This document shows, one piece after another, positions 47,256 to 57,044 of a stretch of DNA of 64,000 nucleotides. Below the pieces are notes generated by a model. That model saw only the letters and a list, made by a program, of their open reading frames with translations. It was not told the origin of the DNA and ran no database searches. Position numbers and translations under genes: made by a program. The stretch's first letter is position 1. The number at the start of each line of letters is the position of its first letter. This stretch comes from a virus: positions 1 to 64,000 of the IMG/VR virus record IMGVR_UViG_3300046675_000234; one strand, given 5' to 3'.

Positions 47256-48730
47256 ACGTTTTGTACCCACGCAGAGGAATTGACGCCATCCTGGATGAAT
47301 CTAGACGGCGGTACGAGCAAGATCCTGCGTGACTTCGTGTGCGTGTCCAGCGGTCTCCTGACCGTCCAGCCGTTGGCCGTCAGTGCCGCCGTGCACCGGT
47401 CGAGCCGCGAGCTGACGAGCCGTGGCGTCCACTCTCTCCCGGCTAGCTGGGGGAGCATCAGGAAGGTCATCAGCTCCCGTGAGGTGCCCTGCCACGGGGC
47501 CGTGATCCGCTCGGTGATCAGCCAGCTCACCACATCATCATCGACCAGCTCGGAATAGCTGCGGGACTGGCCTTCCTTCCACGCCGACAGTGCCTGCGTG
47601 CCCCACATCGCATCGCACGCCGTCAGCACCCGCGCGAAGTCCGGCATAGTCTCCCCGCCAGGCGCAGTAATGTTCGGCAGCATCGCCATTACCCTGCACA
47701 CCATGTCGAACAGCCAGCCGAGCGCGGCCGGGTGCGCCGCTGACCACGCGGCGTCCAGCTCGGCGTCACCGAGATACCGGTCAGGCGGCATCAGCTCGTG
47801 CACCGCTGCCCTGCGCACCAGGTCACCCCGGATGCTCATCTCCACGGTGTTGATCACCACGGATACCGGGTCGAACCGCATGGCGAACAGCTCGGCGTCC
47901 TTGTAGAGCTTGCGGCTCGCGTAGCTGTCACCGCTGGCCGCCCGGCAGATCAGGTCCGACTGGTAGTGGCTCAGCCCGCTGATGTTGTCGTGGCCGATGC
48001 AGTGCGTGTTGGATGCCAGCGCCGCCCAGTCCTTCGGGTCCTTGGGCATCTGGGCCATGAAGCCGCCCAGCCAGGCCACCGTCATCTCGGTGGTCCGGGT
48101 CTTGGCCGTTCCCGGCTGGCCGGTGAATATCTCCGCTGGCAGCGTCACGTCCGGCATGCAGGCCATGATCCGGCAGGCGCAGTAGACCGCCTTGGCGTCC
48201 CAGTCGCGCAGGTTGACCAGGGCCAGCGCGGGTCCGGCTCCTTCCGGCGTGCGCGACGGCAGCGGCAGCTCGACGTTGAACGCGCTGCGGCGGAACAGCG
48301 CCACGCCCTGCGTGATCATCCAGCCTTGCGGTGAGCACAGCACGACCGCGCCGTCATCGCGTCCGAGGTCGATGGCTATCCGGTTGTCGCTGGTCCGCGC
48401 GGTGCGCAGGTGCGGTCTGGCTTTCGGCATGGTTCCCGCCTCGCCCCTGATGATGCCCATGACCGCGCCCAGCGTGGTGTCGCTGGTAGTCATGTCGAGC
48501 AGGTTGTACAGATGCGATGCCAGCCGGTCCCGCAGGCTGACCGCGCCGTCCAGCGGGATCGCTATGCCGGGCACGGCCTTGTCCACCACGTAGGGCTCAC
48601 CGCCAGGCGATGCCCCGAGCGCGTAGTTGTCCTTGAAGATCGCCAGCAGTGCCCGCTGCGCCGGGATCTTGGCACCGGTCGGCGCGGCCTTGGCTACTTC
48701 AGCATTCCAGGCATCCCCCAGCGCGGCCAT
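47240..48730 (-). CDS. Primase-associated P-loop ATPase/helicase (SF3-like)
   Basis: GQPGTAKT Walker A, HDNIS, RKLY.D, DLVRR. Confidence 0.8.
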   Translation of the reverse strand: MAALGDAWNAEVAKAAPTGAKIPAQRALLAIFKDNYALGASPGGEPYVVDKAVPGIAIPLDGAVSLRDRLASHLYNLLDMTTSDTTLGAVMGIIRGEAGTMPKARPHLRTARTSDNRIAIDLGRDDGAVVLCSPQGWMITQGVALFRRSAFNVELPLPSRTPEGAGPALALVNLRDWDAKAVYCACRIMACMPDVTLPAEIFTGQPGTAKTRTTEMTVAWLGGFMAQMPKDPKDWAALASNTHCIGHDNISGLSHYQSDLICRAASGDSYASRKLYKDAELFAMRFDPVSVVINTVEMSIRGDLVRRAAVHELMPPDRYLGDAELDAAWSAAHPAALGWLFDMVCRVMAMLPNITAPGGETMPDFARVLTACDAMWGTQALSAWKEGQSRSYSELVDDDVVSWLITERITAPWQGTSRELMTFLMLPQLAGREWTPRLVSSRLDRCTAALTANGWTVRRPLDTHTKSRRILLVPPSRFIQDGVNSSAWVQNVPPQI

Positions 48731-48959
48731 CAGGCGCTCGCCACTGAGTACACCGTGACAGATAGCTGCTGATCAGCTAGGATCATCATCGTTACGTGCT
48801 CCTGTCTCCGCAGGGGTATGGCCACGCAGCGCCTTGTCCAGGGAGCGCCGCGAAGGCGTTGACGGCGCGGGCCGGTTCTCAATGCGACTTGGGGACCAGC
48901 CCGCCCGTTCACACTAGCCCCGTACCGGCGCGTAGGGCAGGCCCGGAGCCGGGTGATCT

Positions 48960-49344
48960 TCACGGATCGACTCCGCAGCACTCGGCCAGCCAGCCGTCCT
49001 CGGCCTCGTAGAACCGGATCAGCTCACCGGCTGCGTACCGCGCGCCGCAGCCCCGGCAGTACCCGTCATACCGGCTCAGTATCCAGGTGCCCAGCCCGGA
49101 AGAGCGCTGCACCATCCGCCACAGCGCCTCCCAGTCATAACTCAGCGGCGGCAGCCGCCCTGCGCGCCCGTCCATCCATGTACGCCCTCCACCGGGCCAT
49201 GTGCACGTCCTCGGTCGGCTTCCCTACCGTCTTGCCCGGCTTGGGCACGTACGCCACGCACCGCTCCCCGGCCGCAGCCCCGCAGGCATCGCACCCGACC
49301 GCCGCCCGGATGGTCGGCCGGATGCCGGGGTTACGCCTGCCCAT
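48960..49344 (-). other. Two small zinc-finger genes (49135-49344, 48960-49175)
   Basis: CDAC..C..H and CRGC..CC motifs. Confidence 0.55.
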
Positions 49345-50284
49345 GCCCCGCCTTCCAGGCGGTGAACGCCATCCGCTCCTTCTGCTCCTGGTCCCGGATG
49401 AACTTGCGCGCCGATTCGACAGACACCAGCACCTCACGCCAGGGGTAGTCGATATGGCTGCTGGCTTCCCAGATCTCCCGGATGATGCTGAGCACGATCT
49501 CCGAGACCTCCAGGTGCGTGCCGTACCGGCGGTAGAGCGAGCACGCGGCCCGGTACATGGTGCGGTTGCGCTCCCCGACCGGGATGCCGGTCTTCACCAG
49601 CTCCGTGATATCGGGAGGCGGATCAGCAGCCCCTGCCTGCTGCTGATTCGCCGGGGCGCTGCCCAGCCAGCCGCCTACCCAGTCAGGAGCCTGCGGCGCT
49701 GAGCACGGGCAGCCGCGCTCCCACGTATAGGGAACCGGGATCTGCTCAACTCGCTCGCCATCCAGCCCCATCGGCATCACCAGCCGCGCGCTCGGGGCCG
49801 CGATCACCAGCCCGCCGTCCCCTTTCGCGTCCACGCCCGGCAAGATGCCCGGCCTCTCGGGCACTGCCGCCCAGGCAGGAGTCCGCATCCAGATGTGGTA
49901 GCCGCCAGACGGGGTGCGCGCCAGCGGGTAGCTGGTCAGCTCCGTGACCGGTGCTCCGGTCAGGAACTGCGCTAGTGACTCGATGCCGTTGTGCTCGCCC
50001 TTGACGTCCAGGTCGATAACGGCGAGCGCGGAGACCTGCCCCGTCGCAACCCCGATGCTCGCGGCGGGATCTTGCGACCACCACTCGCGTATCTGTGCCG
50101 GGTCAGTGCTGGCCCAGTGCACCCCGCCTTGCGGCGGGAGCATCCGGTGCGGCTTCTTGCCTCCGCGCTCGCACGGGACGACAGCGTAACCCCACGAGGC
50201 GTACCGCAGGGCCGCAATGCCGAAACCGATCGAGCGCGCCTCATCACCAGCGGGCATCCCCCACTGATGGCCGCAGCCGCTCAC
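49331..50284 (-). CDS. Bifunctional DNA primase/polymerase (prim-pol) with PriCT-like C-terminus
   Basis: V.P...GGKKP, IGVATG..VIDLD.K, RTPSGGYH.W, GVDAKGDGG.V.AAPS, GERN. Confidence 0.92.
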   Translation of the reverse strand: MSGCGHQWGMPAGDEARSIGFGIAALRYASWGYAVVPCERGGKKPHRMLPPQGGVHWASTDPAQIREWWSQDPAASIGVATGQVSALAVIDLDVKGEHNGIESLAQFLTGAPVTELTSYPLARTPSGGYHIWMRTPAWAAVPERPGILPGVDAKGDGGLVIAAPSARLVMPMGLDGERVEQIPVPYTWERGCPCSAPQAPDWVGGWLGSAPANQQQAGAADPPPDITELVKTGIPVGERNRTMYRAACSLYRRYGTHLEVSEIVLSIIREIWEASSHIDYPWREVLVSVESARKFIRDQEQKERMAFTAWKAGHGQA

Positions 50285-50532
50285 CGGCTCTCCATCACGC
50301 TGGCCAGGCGGTCTACCGCCTTCGCCAGCCCGTCGAGTGAGTCGGACACCTCGCTGAGCCCGGCGTGCACTGCCGAGCCCGCATCAAATACCGCCTGGCC
50401 GACCGGCACACTCAGGTTCTGTCCGGCGAGAGCCATGGCGATGCCCTCAAGGAACTGGAGGTTCTGGTTGAGGACTTTGCCGATGCCGTCTAGTGCCTCG
50501 ATCTGCGTGGTGCTCGCGCTGTCGCTCATCAC
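50281..50532 (-). CDS. Hypothetical helical protein
   Basis: Coupled ORF. Confidence 0.6.
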   Translation of the reverse strand: MMSDSASTTQIEALDGIGKVLNQNLQFLEGIAMALAGQNLSVPVGQAVFDAGSAVHAGLSEVSDSLDGLAKAVDRLASVMESR

Positions 50533-50759
50533 TGCGCCGCCCGCTGCGCCTCGGGCGTCAGCAACTTGGCGAACAGCTCATCGAAACTCAGCGGCGAGGT
50601 CTGCACCGACGCGACCACGACCCGCCGGTTGAACACCTCCACCAGCCCGAACGTGTAGGTATCCGCGCCGAGCCGGTACATGCCCTGCTCGACCGCCTCT
50701 GCGGAAACCTCGTACTGCTGGCCTTTCAGCGGGCCGTCCAGCCAGACCGGTGATGCCAT
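50529..50759 (-). CDS. Hypothetical protein, first gene of the leftward unit
   Basis: Preceded by a TAGGCT -10 and CAACGATGAGGGAG. Confidence 0.65.
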   Translation of the reverse strand: MASPVWLDGPLKGQQYEVSAEAVEQGMYRLGADTYTFGLVEVFNRRVVVASVQTSPLSFDELFAKLLTPEAQRAAQ

Positions 50760-50918
50760 GTCTCTCCCTCATCGTTGCTGTACTCACCAGCAGCCTACCC
50801 CTGGTACGGTCGGGAATGCGGCGTAAACACCCGGTGTTGACACCGCTGCGGCACCATCCCTGCCGCGAACGATCCAGTGGTCTACCGGCGAGAGCAGGTG
50901 ACCAAGGAAGGGGTAAGC
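50760..50918. promoter_or_regulatory. Divergent promoter region (strand switch)
   Basis: Leftward TAGGCT at 50792-50797, rightward TTGACA at 50836, GTAAACAC/GTGTTGAC inverted pair at 50823-50841. Confidence 0.6.
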
Positions 50919-51632
50919 ATGCCCCGTAGTAACAGCACCGCCATCCCCGACACCAACGGCAGCCCGCAGGCGGCTGCCGTTGCCCTGGGGGTCCTCGCCG
51001 CATACGCGGACGAGGGCTACCTGAAGGAAGACGGGACCGGCATCGACACCGCCAAGGTCCGGGCCAAGATCCTGGAAGTCGTGCGCGAGCACAAGGTCTT
51101 GACCTGGAAGGACCGCGCTACCAAGGCGATCCGGCGCGGCGATGTGGTCAGGGCGGTTTTCCCGTCCCTGCCAGCCCCGCCGGACGGCTTCTCCGAGACC
51201 GAGGACCCGCAGCTCGCCAAGGCGGTCTGGGGCAAGGTCTACGGCGATATGTGGCTGCACCTGTCGGTGAGCGCGACCAGCGCTCTCCAGCAGCTCGTCG
51301 GCGCGTCCATGGGTAACGGGTACGTGCTGGTGAGGACCAGCCTGGACTCGCCCCGCCCGGACGCGGTGTACATCACCGACGACCGGACCTGCATCGACCG
51401 CGACCTGCGCAAGCCCGAGAACGACGCGGCCGAGCGCAAGATCAGGTCCGTGCTGGCGACCGTCTCGATGCTGGCCATGCGCCAGCCCGAGAACGCGAAG
51501 CACTATGCCAAGGGCGGCAACGATTTCCTGCGGCACCTCCAGGTGTCCGGCCGGGATCAGATCGCTCTCGCGGTCGCGTCAGCCAGCGGTAACGGCGACG
51601 AGCCCGGCGACGAGCCCGGCGGCGACGAGTAG
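50919..51632 (+). CDS. Hypothetical protein
   Basis: ATG at 50919 with RBS; followed by a hairpin at 51652-51680. Confidence 0.7.
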   Translation: MPRSNSTAIPDTNGSPQAAAVALGVLAAYADEGYLKEDGTGIDTAKVRAKILEVVREHKVLTWKDRATKAIRRGDVVRAVFPSLPAPPDGFSETEDPQLAKAVWGKVYGDMWLHLSVSATSALQQLVGASMGNGYVLVRTSLDSPRPDAVYITDDRTCIDRDLRKPENDAAERKIRSVLATVSMLAMRQPENAKHYAKGGNDFLRHLQVSGRDQIALAVASASGNGDEPGDEPGGDE

Positions 51633-51688
51633 AACCGGGAGAAGGTGAACGGGGGCGCGGGCAGCGATGACCCGCGCCCCTGGCAGCT

Positions 51689-52681
51689 ATGGACATATTC
51701 TCAGATGACCCGCTGGTCCAGGAAGCGCGCAGGCACTCGGGCCGCATCGTCAACGCGATGGCTGGCCTGGCCGGGCTGATCCAGTATGCCTGGGACCGGC
51801 GCTATGACCGCGTGCTCGGCTACGCGAGCTGGCAGGCGTACTGCGTCGGTGAGTTCGGCAGCGGCGAGGTTGCCATGAAGGCCCGCCAGATCGTGGTCTC
51901 CCTGCTGTCCGACGCGGGCATGTCCCAGCGCTCGATCGCAGAGCAGACCGGCGCATCCCAGAAGACAGTCAGCCGGGACCTCTCGGCGGGTGAGTCATCC
52001 GTGACTCAGTTGAACGACAATCAGCAACCGGAGGTGACGCAGAGTAACCCGCAGACCGTGCGGGGGAAGGACGGACGAGTGCACCCGAGAGTGAAGCGGC
52101 CGAAGCCGACGCCAGCCGCGATCGGCGCGCTGCGCAAGGAGATCGAGAAGCGGCTGAAGGCCGGTAAGAAGACTGACTTCCGCCAGCTCATGACCCAGTT
52201 CGAGATGAGCCAGAGCGTCGTGCAGACCCAGATCCAGGTGGTCAGGGCGCTGCTGGAGGACAGGAGCCAGCGCCCGGCAAGCCGGACGCAGACCTGGAAC
52301 GGCAGGTCACGCACGGCACGGCAGAAGGAGATCAAGCTCGCCCGCACGGCATCCGACGCGGCGAACTACCTCAAGATGATGGATCTCCAGGCGGTGATCT
52401 GGAGGCTGTGCGCGGTACTGGAGAACTTCCATATCGAGGACATGCCGCTAGACGAGCACACGCTGCGGACGATCACCGACCTGCTCGATGACCTGATCAG
52501 CCTCGGTATCTGGCACAACCGGACGCTGACCGCCGTAAAGGGCTGGGTCGGCAGCGCCGACCGGCGGCGCAGGATCGAGCAACTGCGCAACGTGGATGGC
52601 CGACTGCCCGAGGAAGCCAGGGCATTCCTGGCGATGGCCGACAAGCTGGAGCGCGAGCTGGCCCTGACGCCAGCGGAGTGA
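51689..52681 (+). CDS. Helix-turn-helix DNA-binding protein
   Basis: GMSQRSIAEQTGASQKTVSRDL HTH; LGYASWQAYC motif. Confidence 0.8.
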   Translation: MDIFSDDPLVQEARRHSGRIVNAMAGLAGLIQYAWDRRYDRVLGYASWQAYCVGEFGSGEVAMKARQIVVSLLSDAGMSQRSIAEQTGASQKTVSRDLSAGESSVTQLNDNQQPEVTQSNPQTVRGKDGRVHPRVKRPKPTPAAIGALRKEIEKRLKAGKKTDFRQLMTQFEMSQSVVQTQIQVVRALLEDRSQRPASRTQTWNGRSRTARQKEIKLARTASDAANYLKMMDLQAVIWRLCAVLENFHIEDMPLDEHTLRTITDLLDDLISLGIWHNRTLTAVKGWVGSADRRRRIEQLRNVDGRLPEEARAFLAMADKLERELALTPAE

Positions 52682-52693
52682 AAGGAGAAGATC

Positions 52694-53647
52694 ATGGGTG
52701 AACGCCCGAGAGGCCCGATGCCGGGCTGGAGTCCGAAGGGGGACTTCCAGGCCGCGCTGCTGGCCGACATAGTAGACCGGCTGAACCAGCACGACCGCGA
52801 GGGCACGCTGCCGCGCTCCCCGCGAGGGCTGTTCTACGACCTGCGCCCGAGCGGGTTTGGCCGGGGCATCACGTACACCAAGTACCCGGCCATGCGGGTG
52901 ACCGCATCCGGGCAGAAGCGCAAGGTCAACCCGATGGACGCCAGCGTTGCCAGCGTCCAGGAAGTGCTGGCACTCGCCCGGCGGGCCGGGATCATCAGCG
53001 AGAACTGGATTGAGGACACCCGCGCGCCCGTCCCGGCAGTGCCGTCCTACGATGACGGCGAGACCGCCGAGAGCCTGGCCGCATCGCTCGCGGACTGGGT
53101 GCGCAACCCGTCCCTGGAATACAGCCCGCAGGAAGGCCAGGAGACACACCTGGAGGTACTGGTGGAGGCCGCTGGCCTGATCAGCCGCCTGGAGCGGGTG
53201 GCCGCGCCCTACGGGGTGCCGGTCTACTCCGGTGGCGGCTACGACGGCATCAAGGGCAAGCGGGCGGCGGGCAACCGCGCCGCGCGCCGCGACGTGCCGA
53301 CCGTGGTGCTGCGGGTCAGCGACTACGACGATCACGGGCTGGCACTGGCACGGGCGTCTTCCGAGGACAGCATCGCCTGGGCCGAGCGGTACTACGACGC
53401 GGAGCCCGGATGGCTCTCGTTCGAGCGCATCGCGCTGACGCAGGACCAGGCGGCGGACGCCGACCTGCTCGACCAGTTCGGCAAGGCCGAGGCGGACGGG
53501 CTGCCGGTGCAGGTGATGGACCAGATCCTCACCGACGCCATCGAGGGCTACCAGGACCCGGATATCCGCCAGGAGAACATCGAGCGCGCGGCCGGTGAGC
53601 GCGAGCGCGTTCCCGCCCTGGTGCGAGAGCTGCTGAGCCAGTCATGA
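52694..53647 (+). CDS. Topo VI-A/Spo11-like winged-helix + TOPRIM protein
   Basis: RGLFY.L, ARRAG.I...I.D, EVLVE, GGY, SDYDDHG, ERIALT, EADGL. Confidence 0.75.
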   Translation: MGERPRGPMPGWSPKGDFQAALLADIVDRLNQHDREGTLPRSPRGLFYDLRPSGFGRGITYTKYPAMRVTASGQKRKVNPMDASVASVQEVLALARRAGIISENWIEDTRAPVPAVPSYDDGETAESLAASLADWVRNPSLEYSPQEGQETHLEVLVEAAGLISRLERVAAPYGVPVYSGGGYDGIKGKRAAGNRAARRDVPTVVLRVSDYDDHGLALARASSEDSIAWAERYYDAEPGWLSFERIALTQDQAADADLLDQFGKAEADGLPVQVMDQILTDAIEGYQDPDIRQENIERAAGERERVPALVRELLSQS

Positions 53648-53871
53648 GTCGCAGGCACAAGATGCGGGCCAAGTCCGGCAAGCAGCTCGCGGAGAAGATC
53701 CGCGCCGCCTGCCCGGACGCGGTGATCGTCCTGACCGGGAACGGCCACCTGAAGGTGACCGGTCCCGGCGGGACCGCGTTCATCCCGAGCGCGCCGCCGG
53801 ACACCCCGAGCGCCCGCTACGAGACGCGCAACAAGCTGCGCTCTCACGCGGGAATCGTCATCGCTACCTGA
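53644..53871 (+). CDS. HicA-like dsRBD-fold protein
   Basis: TGNGHLKV..P.G..IPS.P.D. Confidence 0.6.
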   Translation: MSRRHKMRAKSGKQLAEKIRAACPDAVIVLTGNGHLKVTGPGGTAFIPSAPPDTPSARYETRNKLRSHAGIVIAT

Positions 53872-53963
53872 GCGCCTGCGCATCCGCCCAGGCCAGCGGG
53901 AAGCTACCGGTCAGTTATCCTGTTTACAACGAGCATGATGACGATGATGAATAAGGTGCCGAG

Positions 53964-54449
53964 ATGACGCTAGTGGTTGCCGGACGAGAAATCGGGGGCG
54001 TGCTGGCCTGCCCGCCGATCTCGACAGCACGCAGGCGCGGCCGGTGGTTCGTCCTGGAGCTGTACGCGCTGGATGACGGCGGCTGGCTGGTGCACCGCAC
54101 CGGCATGTCCGTGATCTACCACCGGGCGGACACGCTGTGCCAGACCAGGACCGGTGCCCAGAGCGGCGACCCGGCCCGCCTTGATGACCTGCCCGACGAC
54201 GCCGACCCCTGCGACGTGTGCGAGCCCGAGTACCCCGAAGACCTGCCGGACGAGCCGGGCATCATCCGGTACGAGTTCCCGAGGCATAGCTGGGATGAGT
54301 GCGAGACGCCAGCCGTGGTGAAGATCCGGCTGACCACCGTCCGCAGCCGCGACGGCTCGGTCAGCGAGTTCACGTCCAAGCCAGTGGACCGGCTGCTGCG
54401 CAGCGCGGCGCTGGCTTACCCCGAGTTCGCGCCGCTGCTCGCAGCATGA
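53964..54449 (+). CDS. Hypothetical protein
   Basis: RW..LELY..GG.LVHR.G.S..YH..C..C..C. Confidence 0.65.
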   Translation: MTLVVAGREIGGVLACPPISTARRRGRWFVLELYALDDGGWLVHRTGMSVIYHRADTLCQTRTGAQSGDPARLDDLPDDADPCDVCEPEYPEDLPDEPGIIRYEFPRHSWDECETPAVVKIRLTTVRSRDGSVSEFTSKPVDRLLRSAALAYPEFAPLLAA

Positions 54450-54522
54450 CGTAGGGTGTAAACGCCCCGGCCCGCGCTCACCCCCCAGGCGCGGCCGGGT
54501 GCTCAACGATGAGGAAGCACTG

Positions 54523-55306
54523 ATGAACGAGCCAGCCGAAGACCCGCGAGAGCACTACGCGGTCCTGGTGGTGGACCTGCCGCCGACCGAGATCAAGTGC
54601 AAGTGCGGGGAGCGGTTCTGGGACGATGACCCGATCGGGCAGATGAAAGCCCACATGGATGAGCTGAACTGATGCCCGGCAAGGGGCCGCTGAACTGGTC
54701 CACGTCGGTCCCGGCGGACAGGACCGCGATGGAGTGCATCGCCATCCTGATCAAGCACGGGGCGAGGAACGTGGGCATGTCACTGGGCGAGGACCGGGTG
54801 CCGGACGGGCTGGATTTCGTGGTCAGCACGCCGTGGGGCCTCCAGCAGTACTCGCTGCCCATCAACATGAGCGGCACCGAGAAGGCGCTGAAGAAGGCGT
54901 GGCGCGAGCACCGGATCGAGCCCCGGTTCGCCACCCCCGAGCACGCCCGCCGGGTTGCCTGGCGGGTGATCAAGGACTGGCTGGAATCCCAGCTCGCGCT
55001 GGTGGAGGCTGGCGTGGCCGACCTGCCGCAGGTGATGCTGTCGTTCATGAAGGTCAGCGTGAACCAGACGATGTACGAGGCCGTGGTCGAGAACCAGATG
55101 CGGGCACTGGAGCAGGGCTGATGTACGAGTGCCCGTCCTGCGGGGCGAAGGGCCTGGTGCTCCGGGCCATGTCCGATCCGGGCAGCCCGTACCGCCGCGT
55201 GATCTGGCGGCTGTGGTGCGACGGCCCGGAGCCGCACGAGTGGATCGCCATCGCGGGCACCGTGATCACGATCAGCAAGGAGACCGGTGTCCGGCGCTCT
55301 GGATGA
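54523..55306 (+). other. Three small genes: 54523-54672, 54672-55121 (RVAWR..KDW..QLA type), 55121-55306 (zinc ribbon)
   Basis: TGATG coupling; first gene preceded by CAACGATGAGGAAG. Confidence 0.6.
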
Positions 55307-57044
55307 CGTCACGCTGCACCTCGTCAGCAACCTGGACGAGCTGTGGGCCTGCGCCCGGTGGGCGGGCGAGCGCCGCGACGGGCCGCTGTTCGCGGACACT
55401 GAGTCGGCTGGGCTCAACCCTCACCATGACCGGATGCGGATGGTGCAGCTCGGGGACACCCGGCACGGCTGGGCCTTCCCGAAGGGCTGGTGGGGCGCGG
55501 CCATCGAGCTGCTCACCCGGTACGCCGGGGCGATCGGCTTCCACAACAGCCCGTACGACTGGCGGGTGCTGAAGATCCACGAGAACGTCACCCCGCTGTG
55601 GCACAAGACCGAGGACACGCTGCTGCTCGGGCACATCGCGGACTCACTGCGGCTGGCGGGCCTCAAGCCCAGGGCCACCCAGGAAGTGGACCCGCGCGCA
55701 CTGCGCGGTGAGCAGGTGCTGAGCGAGGGCATGAAGGCCCGGCACTGGACCTTTGATGACGTGCCGGATACCTGGGGGCCGTACTGGATGTACGCCGCCC
55801 TGGACCCGGTACTGGCCGCGCACCTGTGGGCCGCGCCGAGCTTCACCCGCGCCCGGACCACCTACCGCGAGGCGTACGACCTGGAGCGGGCCACCGCCCG
55901 GATCTGCGCCGGGATGATGCTGACCGGGATGCGGCTGGACCTGCCGTTCATCCATGACCGGATCGCTGAGATCGAAGACTACACCGGGCGGGCCTCCAAC
56001 TGGCTGCGGGCCGAGTTCGATATCCGCAACCCCGGCTCGACGCAGCAGGTGGTGGCGTCCATGGAGGCGGCCGGAATCCCGGTGGAGGTGTTCACCGAGA
56101 AGGGCAACCCGTCCCTGAACAAGGAGGCGCTGGGCTATTACGGGCTGGCGTACCCGCAGCACAAGGCGCTATTCGACGCGGTTCGCTGGACCCGCAAGGG
56201 CAACTCGATGGTGAACAATTACCTGGGCAAGTTCCTGACGCTGGCCAATGATGACATCCTGCATTACAACATCCATTCCTGCCGTGCCCGCACCACCCGG
56301 ATGAGCATCACCGACCCGGCCATGCAGACCTTTGACCGGGACGTTCCCGCGATCCGGGGCAGCTACATACCCCGGCCGGGCCATGCGCTGATCACCATTG
56401 ACGCCGATCAGATCGAGGCACGGCTTACCGCTCATTTCGCCAATGACCCGCGCATGATCGCGGACTTCCGCTACGCCGACGAGAACCACCTGAAGTTCTT
56501 CATCGAGATGGCCAGCCGGATCTACGCCGAGCGGATCACCAAGCGCGACCCCCGGTACACCTGGACCAAGAACGCCACCTACGGCCAGATCTACGGCGCG
56601 GGCCTGGCCAAGGCGGCGGTGACCGCTGGCGTCCCGGTGGAGGTAATGAGGCCCGCCTACGAGGGCCTGTCCCTGATGTACCCGAACGTCGGCTACTACA
56701 TGAACCACCTGATCCGCACCGGCAAGGGCCAGCGCCCGAAGGTGCAGACGATCGACGGCCGGTGGCTGTACGTCAACCGGGGGCACGAGTACGCCCTGCT
56801 CAACACCCAGATCCAGGCCAACGCCGCGATCATCCTCAAACGCGGCATCATCGGCCTGGACGCGGGCGGGCTGGGCGAGTTCCTGCGGCTCCCGGTGCAT
56901 GACGAGATCCTGATGGAAGCCCCCGTTGACCTGGCCGCCGAGGTGCTGCGCGAAGCCGAGCGCATCCTGACCGACTACGAGTCATTCAGAGTTCCCATTA
57001 CCTGGAGTGGCTCTATCCTCACGGAAAGATGGGTGAAGACCTGA
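55287..57044 (+). CDS. polA: Family A DNA polymerase (3'-5' exonuclease + polymerase)
   Basis: ADTES, HNSPYD, YAALD exonuclease motifs; DADQIEAR, KNATYGQIYG, VHDEI. Confidence 0.93.
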   Translation: MSGALDDVTLHLVSNLDELWACARWAGERRDGPLFADTESAGLNPHHDRMRMVQLGDTRHGWAFPKGWWGAAIELLTRYAGAIGFHNSPYDWRVLKIHENVTPLWHKTEDTLLLGHIADSLRLAGLKPRATQEVDPRALRGEQVLSEGMKARHWTFDDVPDTWGPYWMYAALDPVLAAHLWAAPSFTRARTTYREAYDLERATARICAGMMLTGMRLDLPFIHDRIAEIEDYTGRASNWLRAEFDIRNPGSTQQVVASMEAAGIPVEVFTEKGNPSLNKEALGYYGLAYPQHKALFDAVRWTRKGNSMVNNYLGKFLTLANDDILHYNIHSCRARTTRMSITDPAMQTFDRDVPAIRGSYIPRPGHALITIDADQIEARLTAHFANDPRMIADFRYADENHLKFFIEMASRIYAERITKRDPRYTWTKNATYGQIYGAGLAKAAVTAGVPVEVMRPAYEGLSLMYPNVGYYMNHLIRTGKGQRPKVQTIDGRWLYVNRGHEYALLNTQIQANAAIILKRGIIGLDAGGLGEFLRLPVHDEILMEAPVDLAAEVLREAERILTDYESFRVPITWSGSILTERWVKT

